Of a stretch of DNA of 30,150 nt, positions 23,071 to 30,150 are shown one piece after another (position 1 is the stretch's first letter; every line of letters starts with the position of its first letter). The translations under genes and the position numbers were made by a program. The notes under the pieces are model-generated. The model saw only the letters and a list, made by a program, of their open reading frames with translations, was not told the origin of the DNA and ran no database searches. This stretch comes from Macrostomum lignano (Eukaryota), in contig NIVC01002419.1 of the NCBI GenBank assembly GCA_002269645.1, forward strand, positions 1 to 30,150, given 5' to 3'.

Positions 23071-25272
23071 TCAATCAGTGGTGGACTCCAGTCGACTGGG
23101 ACAGAGCAGCTGCCGGAGGTTCCGCCCTTTGGTGTAGGCGGGCAGCACCGGCGCCTCGCAGCACCGGGCCACGCGGTCCTTCACCGCGGCCACCAGGGCG
23201 TCCGACCTCGCACAATGGGGCAGGATCAGCGGGATGGCCGGGTTGTGCAGCGTGCCGGCAAGCTCGTTGACGCCGTGCGGGGTTTGAGTCTTTAACACCT
23301 CGATGAGCTTGGCCTCGTGGCGCTGCCGCCGCTCGTTCGCTCTGGGTCCCGTGCCGTCACGAGACCAGATGCCGGTGAAGGCGAAGTCCGCCAGACTGTG
23401 GCCATCACTGGTGAAATGGCGGGCCACCGGAGTGTCACGGGCGTGCCGGATGTCGCCGATGTGCGCCAGCATGCGGCCGCGGATGCTGTTGGCGGTCTCG
23501 CCTACGTAGATCGTGTGGTCGCACCGGCGGCAGAACACGGCATAGACGGCGTTGGTGGCGTTGCAGTCGATCCGCTGACTGATGATGAGCTGGACTGTCG
23601 TGGCTGCTGATCCGGGGCAGACGGAGGCGAACCTGGCGTGTGCCTGGCAGCACCTGCACAGCCGGGTCGGGTTGCACGGCAGAAAGCCGAATTCCCACCG
23701 TCTCGTCGGGTAGAAGCCCAGCTCCGTCAGCATCTCGTACTTGATCGTGCGCAGGAACCGCCGATTGTAGCCCTGGTGTTGCACCAGACTTGAAAACAGC
23801 CCGGTGCACGCTGCGTCGAAATCGGCCATCAGGGAACACCGCCGGGCGTATCTGAGGAGCTGGGACTTCACCACGCCCCGGAACGTCCGCTTCGGGTGGA
23901 AAGAGTCGCGGTGAATGAGCGTTCGGCTGTCGGTCGGCTTAAAATACACCTTAGTTGCCAGGCGCTTAACGTCACCCTCGCGGTCCCAGAAGACGGTGGT
24001 ATCCAGGAAGTTGACCTCGGTGCTGCTGTAGCTCAGCTGCAACCTGATGTTCGGGTCGAGGCCATCCAGGAGCTCGTGGAAGCGGACCAGCTCGTCTCTC
24101 GTTCCGTGCCAGACGCCGAAGATGTCGTCGATGTAGCGCAGCCACAGGGCGGGCTTCTGCGGGCTGAGCTCCAGGCCCCGCTGCTCCCAGTAGCCCATGT
24201 AGATGTTACTGTAGCTGGGCGCAAACGATTTTCCCATGGCCGTGCCTTTCACTTGCAGAAAAAATTTGCCATCGAACTCGAAGTCGTTGCGCTCCAGGTT
24301 CAGCTTGAGCAAACTGAGGAGGCTCGCGTCCGGGCGCCGGGCGTCCGGGTGCTCTCTGAAGGCCCTCTGTACGCACTCGAGTCCGGCCGCGGTCGGGATG
24401 TTAGTGTAAAGGCTGGCGACGTCCATGGTGAACAGAAAGGTCTCGCCCCGCGCCGGGCAGGTGATGTCTCTGATGGCCGCCTGGAAATGATCGGTATCCC
24501 TGATGAAGCTGGGCAGCTGGATGACGATCGGCTGCAGGAAGCTGTCGATGAAGCGGCCGCTGGCATATGATTCGCTGTCCACGTCAGACACGATGGGCCG
24601 GCCTGGCGGGATGTCGCCGAGCGGCCACGACTCGGCAGGCTTGTGAATCTTTGGCAGGATGTAAAAGCGTCGCGTCCGGAACTCCTCCTTCGGACAGAAG
24701 GCGGTGAACTGGCGTTTGTCGATAAGCCTGCGGTCCAGTAGCGACTGGAAGACGGCGCGGATTCTCTGGGCCGTGAAGCGGTTGATCGGCTCGTTCAGAG
24801 GCCGGTAGAAGGCCGGGTCGTCCAGCTGACGCAGGCATTCACGGACATAGTCCTGCCGGTCCAGGATGACCAGCTGGCTGCCCTTGTCGGCCGGCTTGAT
24901 GACGATGGACTTGTCTGCCCGTAGATCTCGCAGTGCCTTCGCCTCCGCCTGACTGATGTTAGGAGCGTTCCTGCAGTCCCGGATGTTCTCCCTGACGTCG
25001 TCCAGCTCCGCCAGAGCGGCTTGAATTTCGGGCCGGAGGCGGCTCGGATCGATGCTGGCCGTTGGGCGGCGGGGAAGCGGCGGACCGTCGTTCACCGTCA
25101 GTTCGCGCTTGAAGCCGCGAGCCGCCGACACGGCCAGACGCTCGCCAAAGTCGCGGACGCCGGACGCCAGTGACTCCGCCGAGGTGCACCGAGGAGCCAC
25201 TACGAAGGACTGGCCGCGCTCCAGCAGTTGCAGTTCAGTCGGTGCGAGAGCGCGGCTGGAGAGGTTCGTCAC
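23071..25272 (-). CDS. Penelope-like ORF2: reverse transcriptase + Cys linker + GIY-YIG endonuclease (no AUG start; frame open from 25362)
   Basis: IKPADKG, FYILPKIHK, GRPIVS, FTMDVASLYTNIP, GTAMGKSFAPSYSNIYM, LRYIDDIF, VNFLD, linker CNPTRLCRCC, AVYAVFCRRC..IYVGET..R...H...H; uninterrupted for 733 codons. Confidence 0.95.
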   Translation of the reverse strand: MTNLSSRALAPTELQLLERGQSFVVAPRCTSAESLASGVRDFGERLAVSAARGFKRELTVNDGPPLPRRPTASIDPSRLRPEIQAALAELDDVRENIRDCRNAPNISQAEAKALRDLRADKSIVIKPADKGSQLVILDRQDYVRECLRQLDDPAFYRPLNEPINRFTAQRIRAVFQSLLDRRLIDKRQFTAFCPKEEFRTRRFYILPKIHKPAESWPLGDIPPGRPIVSDVDSESYASGRFIDSFLQPIVIQLPSFIRDTDHFQAAIRDITCPARGETFLFTMDVASLYTNIPTAAGLECVQRAFREHPDARRPDASLLSLLKLNLERNDFEFDGKFFLQVKGTAMGKSFAPSYSNIYMGYWEQRGLELSPQKPALWLRYIDDIFGVWHGTRDELVRFHELLDGLDPNIRLQLSYSSTEVNFLDTTVFWDREGDVKRLATKVYFKPTDSRTLIHRDSFHPKRTFRGVVKSQLLRYARRCSLMADFDAACTGLFSSLVQHQGYNRRFLRTIKYEMLTELGFYPTRRWEFGFLPCNPTRLCRCCQAHARFASVCPGSAATTVQLIISQRIDCNATNAVYAVFCRRCDHTIYVGETANSIRGRMLAHIGDIRHARDTPVARHFTSDGHSLADFAFTGIWSRDGTGPRANERRQRHEAKLIEVLKTQTPHGVNELAGTLHNPAIPLILPHCARSDALVAAVKDRVARCCEAPVLPAYTKGRNLRQLLCPSRLESTTD

Positions 25273-25280
25273 CCTCAGTT

Positions 25281-25320
25281 GGGGGGGCCCATGGCTCGCC
25301 CCCGGCCCGCTCAGTTTTTT
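25281..25320 (-). other. Candidate -1 ribosomal frameshift signal (A_AAA_AAC plus GC-rich stem)
   Basis: CCA AAA AAC TGA ends the SGNH frame; the -1 frame is open into ORF2; GGGCCGGGGGCGAGCCAUGGGCCCCCCC starts 5 nt downstream of the heptamer. Confidence 0.6.
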
Positions 25321-27510
25321 GGAAGGTCGCCCACCGTCTCCAGGGTGACGGCGAACGCCCCATCAGCAGACTGTCGCTCCAGGCTGATCTGGTCCCGTCG
25401 GAATGTCAGGACCTTGGTGTCCAGCGAGATCAGGCTGACAGATCGGTAGCTGCTCAGGAGCTGGTTCGTCTTGCGACAGTTACTCTTCTGGAGCGCCGGC
25501 GCATCGGGGGGCACACGGTCTGCACCACCCAGATTGACGCGCCGGGGAAAGCCTTCCTGATGTTGGTCAGGCTCATCTTCCAGAGCTTGGCGATGGAGAA
25601 GTCGAAGCTCTCACGGTGGAGGTCGTTGTTGCCGGCCCAGACGATGACGCGGCCCGTGTCGGGACTCGCATTCTCCACCTTGCTGATGTTCTTCAGGTAG
25701 TCCAGCGTGAGGCCCGGGAAGCAGTGCACCTCTAGGTCTGGCGAGGCCAGCTTCACGAATTCCACGTTCTGGTCAGCGATCACCAGAGTGGGCTTCTGCT
25801 TTGACCTCAGCTTCCAGTGCTTCTTGGCTCCGTGGTGGTAGATGACTTTGTTCTCCCGTAAGCTTCTGGCAGTCTTCGACGGTTGCATGAGGCTCCCGGA
25901 ATCCGGAGAAGCAGATGGGGGCCTCTTCCTGGTGGCCGCCGGGGTTCCAGAGTCAGCGGCATCTTCGCTTGTCCGGGCGGTGACAGTCTCTGGGACACCA
26001 GTAGACGTAGTCATGGGGAGGGATACCTCCCTGTTTGTCGGAGTCTCAATTGAGGCACAGTCCTGTGCGGATGGCGCCGTAGAGTTCTCTTCATAAGCCG
26101 TCGAAGCTGACGAGGCCGCCGATGAAGCCGCCGGTACAGTCGCCGCCGATGAAACCGCCGGCGCAGTCGCCGACGAGGCCGCCGACGAAGCCGCCGATGA
26201 AGCCGCCGGCGCGGTCGCCGACGAGGCCGCCGACGAAGCCGCCGATGAAGCCGCCGGCGCGGTCGCCGACGAGGCCGCCGACGAGGCCGCCGACGAAGCC
26301 GCCGATGAAGCCGCCGGCGCGGTCGCCGACGAGGCCGCCGACGAAGCCGCCGATGAAGCCGCCGGCGCGGTCGCCGACGAGGCCGCCGACGAAGCCGCCG
26401 ATGAAGCCGCCGGCGTGGTCGCCGACGAGGCCGCCGACGAAGCCGCCGATGAAGCCGCCGGCGCGGTCGCCGACGAGGCCGCCAACGAAGCCGCCGATGA
26501 AGCCGCCGGCGCGGTCGCCGACGAGGCCGCCGGCGCAGTCGCCGACGAGGCCGCCGACGAAGCCACCGATGAAGCCGCCAGCGCGGTCGCCGACGAGGCC
26601 GCCGACGAAGCCACCGATGAAGCCGCCGGCGCGGTCGCCGACGAAGCCGCCGATGAAGCCGACGAGCCCGCCGACGAAGCCACCGATGAAGCCGCCGGCG
26701 CAGTCACCGCCGATGAAGCCGCCGGCGCGGTCGCCGACGAAGCCGCCGATGAAGCCGCCGGCGCGGTCGCCGACGAGGCCGCCGTTGAGGCCGCTGGCGC
26801 GTTAGCTCCAGTCACGAAGGTGGACATGAGCTCCTCCGACGCCTCCTCGATGATGGAAGCCAATGAACTGGACGTAGGTGGGGCAGCGGTCGAAGCTTGG
26901 GAATGCGTCGTGGCCTGGAGCTGCGTATCCGGTTCACTCAAACAGCCAGCCAGTGCCTTGAACCCATGGGTGTGCAGGCGCTCCATCACACCGTCAAGGA
27001 TGCGGGGACTCCAGGCTCTGCCAATCTTGTTGGCGGCCCACCGGATGCCTATGAGCCAGCCGGTCTTGAATTCATCCACCGGGCCAGATAGTCGAAGCTG
27101 CTCCAACTTCTCGGCCACCGCTGCGAACTGCGTGCCGTAATGCGTCCTCATGTCCGCCGTTGTGTGCACCAGCCACTGTAGGGCGTTGGATTCAAAGCGC
27201 TGGTGAGTCTCCTTGCTCTGGAACGCTGGACAGAGGAATAAGGTCAGGCTATCTGCCTTCCTTCGGACTGTCACTGGAGCTGCCGGGCGAGACCAGTTCT
27301 GCAGATGGTGGTGGATCCTGCACAGTCCTTGCACGCTGCCGCGACTTGGTTGCTAAAGGGCTGTTGCTGTGGTCTTGGCGGGGGCAGAGTGGCAGGCTGT
27401 CTGGGCCTTTCAGGTCGTTCACTGTTTCTCTGAGGTTCAGCTTGACGTCCAATGCGTCTCCGACTGTTGAACCACTGACGTTGCTGACGGAAGTTAGTTG
27501 CTGAGCTCAT
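25311..27510 (-). CDS. Penelope ORF1: basic/Pro-rich N-terminus, helical domain, Ala/Ser repeat, SGNH-hydrolase-like C-terminal domain (two frame breaks as assembled)
   Basis: ATG at 27510 (MSSATNF...), main frame 27334-~25512 and C-terminal frame 25514-25311. SGNH-like blocks: TLVIADQNV, HCFPGLT, VIVWAGNND, TFRRDQISL. Confidence 0.7.
26107..26800. repeat. GC-rich coding minisatellite in ORF1 (12/15-bp subunits; SSAA/TAPAA repeats)
   Basis: GCCGCCGACGAG and GCCGGCGCGGTC subunits, frame-preserving. Confidence 0.93.
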
Positions 27511-27541
27511 GTCGTCCAAATGAATTACCGGTGCTGGCCAA

Positions 27542-28136
27542 AGAGAGAGGGAGAGAGAGAGAGAGAGGAGGGCGCCTCCAATCTCAGGCACGGACGCGGT
27601 ACATGTAAAAAGGACAAACAAGTCAAGATGATTTAAGTTGCCGATATTTCGAATTAGGTAAATTCTTCGTCAGGGCAAATGAAAAGTAGCGACAAGTGGT
27701 GTTGTAAAAGTTATTAAATAGGCGGGTTAGAGGGGAGAGAGAGTAGGCAGGTAGATAGAGAGCGTACGGTATGTACACTTGGTGTGAGTCGATAAAACAC
27801 TATTAGAGTTGAAAATGCAAAATAAAAAACAGTGCACAAATAAAGTGAACCGCACGTGGGCTGCAGCGATCCTACACACGAAATAAATAATGGAATAGTG
27901 CGACTGCACCGGTGTCTAAAAAGGGGAAAGAGTGACTCTAAGCACTTTACAAAATTGACCTCAATAAATAAATAAGCAGTAAATCAATAAATAAATAAAT
28001 AAGGTGAAAGGCCCTCAAAAACTTAAAAAAGAGCAATTGTACGATAAGCAAAAGAGTAAAAGTAAAAAGTGTAATAAAAAGTACAGGGTGTCAAGAAACA
28101 ATAGAAATGTTGATGCAGAATAAATGCTGAGAATAT
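27542..28136 (-). repeat. 5' pseudo-LTR of the Penelope element
   Basis: Direct repeat of 22330-22924; it diverges at 28137 into GA-rich flank, consistent with a 5' truncation point. Confidence 0.95.
27638..27678 (-). ncRNA. Minimal type I hammerhead ribozyme (5' pLTR copy)
   Basis: Identical to 22426-22466. Confidence 0.85.
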
Positions 28137-29130
28137 GCTGGGAGGAGAGAGGGGGGAGGGAGAAAAGGGTAAGAAAGGGAGAAGGAAGAGAGGGGAGGAG
28201 AGAGAAGAGAAGAGGGAGGGAGAGAAGAGGGAGAGAGGGAAGAGAGGGAGGAGAGGGAGAGGAGAGGAGAGGGAGAGAGAGAGGTAGAGGAAGAGAGGGA
28301 GAGGAGAGAGGGAGAGAGGGGAGAGGGAGAAGAGAGGGAGAGAAGAGGGAGGGAGGGAAGAGAGGGGGAGGAGGGAGAGGAGAGAGGGAGAGAGAGGAGA
28401 GGAGAGAGGGAGAGGAGAGAGGAGAGGAGAGAGGGAAAGGAGAGGGAGAGGAGAGAGGGAGAGAAGAGGAGGGAGAGAAGAAGGAGGGAGAGAAGAGGGA
28501 GAGAGGGAAGAGAGGGAGGAGAGGGAGAGGAGAGAGGGAGAGGAGAGGGAGAGGAGAGGGAGAGGAGAGGAGAGGGAGAGAGGGAGAGGAGAGAGGGAGA
28601 GGAGAGAGGAAGGAGAGAGGGAGAGGAGAGAGGAGAGGAGAGAGGAAGAGGAGAGAGGAGAGAGGGAGAGGGAGAGGGAGGGGAAGGGGAGGAGAGAGAG
28701 AGAAGAGGGGGAGAGGGGGAAGAGAGGGAGAGAAGAGGAGGGAATAGAGGGGGAGGAGAGAGAAGAGAAGAGGAGGGAGAGAAGAGGAGAGAGGGAAGAG
28801 AGGGAGGAGAGGGAGAGGAGAGAGTAGAGGAAGAGAGGGAGAGGAGAGAGGAGAGAGGGGGAGAGGGGGAGAAGAGAGGGAGAGAGAGGGAGGGAGGAAG
28901 AGAGGGAGGAGAGGGAGAGGAGAGAAGAGGAGAGAGGAGAGGAGAGAGGGAGAGGAGAGGGAGAGGAGAGAGGGAGAGGAGAGAGGGAGAGGAGGGGAGA
29001 GATGGATAAGGGAAGGAAAGGGAGAAGAGGGAGAGGGGAACAATGGGGGGGGGGTAGAATGAGGAGAGGATAGAGAGAGGGGTTGGGAGGTTGAGGAAGA
29101 GAGAGGGAGAGAGAGGGAAATGGGGATAGG
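28137..29130. repeat. Purine-rich (GA/GGA/GAGAG) low-complexity tract
   Basis: Almost exclusively G and A on the + strand for about 1 kb. Confidence 0.95.
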
Positions 29131-29614
29131 GGGAGTGGGTATCCTGTTGGACCGCAAGCGAAATTTGTGAACAGATTCTACATATATAAAGAAAGATTTC
29201 ACTAACAACAGCAAGCAGTTAACACGACTAAAAGAAGCATGAGAGTAGCTATACACATTGACACGAATGCAGCTACATGTACAGCTGACTAAGCGCAGAT
29301 TAAACCCAGAGCCAAAACGCCAAACCAGATAGCTAAGCTGTTAAACACAAAACCGATACATAGCAGCCGAAGTTAGGCAAGGTTAAGCCAAAAGGGCGCC
29401 CCCGACCCCAAGCATGTGAATCAGTTATAACTGGCAGTGTAGCCTCCAATGCGTCATGTGTATGCTAAGAGAAGTGTGAATGAGAAATCAAATGGAAAGT
29501 GAATGCCTTGCTGAATAGCTAGTCACAAATAATTGAAGAAGAAGCAACAAGAAGATAACACAAGGCAAATTTTGCTTGGATTCTTGGCTTGCTATCTTCT
29601 TATGAATAACAGCG

Positions 29615-30075
<461 letters not shown>

Positions 30076-30150
30076 GTAAAGAGAGCAAAAAGTAGAGATT
30101 GAAGCCAAAGAATTATTAACACAGAAACCCCAAAAAGAGAAAACAGAAAA

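Larger units (their letters stand above)
22291..28136 (-). mobile_element. Penelope-like retrotransposon (C-terminal GIY-YIG, Neptune-type), partial-tandem structure with direct pseudo-LTRs
   Basis: PLE-type RT plus GIY-YIG ORF, an upstream ORF1, 595-bp direct repeats at an offset of 5212 and hammerhead motifs in both repeats. Confidence 0.93.

Noticed and set aside
25281-25310. H-type pseudoknot downstream of the slippery site
   Set aside because: The two possible stems compete for the same C run and lack suitable loop lengths; only a hairpin is supported by eye.
23303-25700. Several 60-224-aa ORFs overlapping the RT ORF
   Set aside because: Expected in GC-rich coding DNA; they carry no motifs.
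26122-27140. Plus-strand ORFs (ADEAA... and MKPPARSPT...)
   Set aside because: They are antisense shadows of the GC-rich ORF1 repeat.

Overview
Eukaryotic (animal) genomic DNA with spliceosomal introns; the TTAGGG repeats, short introns and dense tandem repeats would fit an invertebrate such as a free-living flatworm (inference only). The + strand carries a ~19-exon SLC4A11-like transporter gene (~2073-16549, traced exon by exon) and a TTLL10-like tubulin glycylase gene (~19049-21597) with two apparent frameshifts. The - strand carries a very young Penelope-like retrotransposon (~22291-28136). It has 595-bp apparently identical pseudo-LTRs, each with a minimal hammerhead ribozyme, an ORF1 ending in a catalytically degenerate SGNH-hydrolase-like domain, and an AUG-less RT + GIY-YIG ORF2. 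ORF2 is reachable from ORF1 by a -1 shift at A_AAA_AAC, which is followed by a stop and a GC-rich stem: a gag-pol-like arrangement and the most interesting feature of the window. The introns hold two tRNA-derived SINE families (one CORE-like), a telomere-like 32-bp satellite, interstitial TTAGGG and several minisatellites. Several reading-frame breaks are deletions at short homopolymers, so assembly error must be excluded for each.
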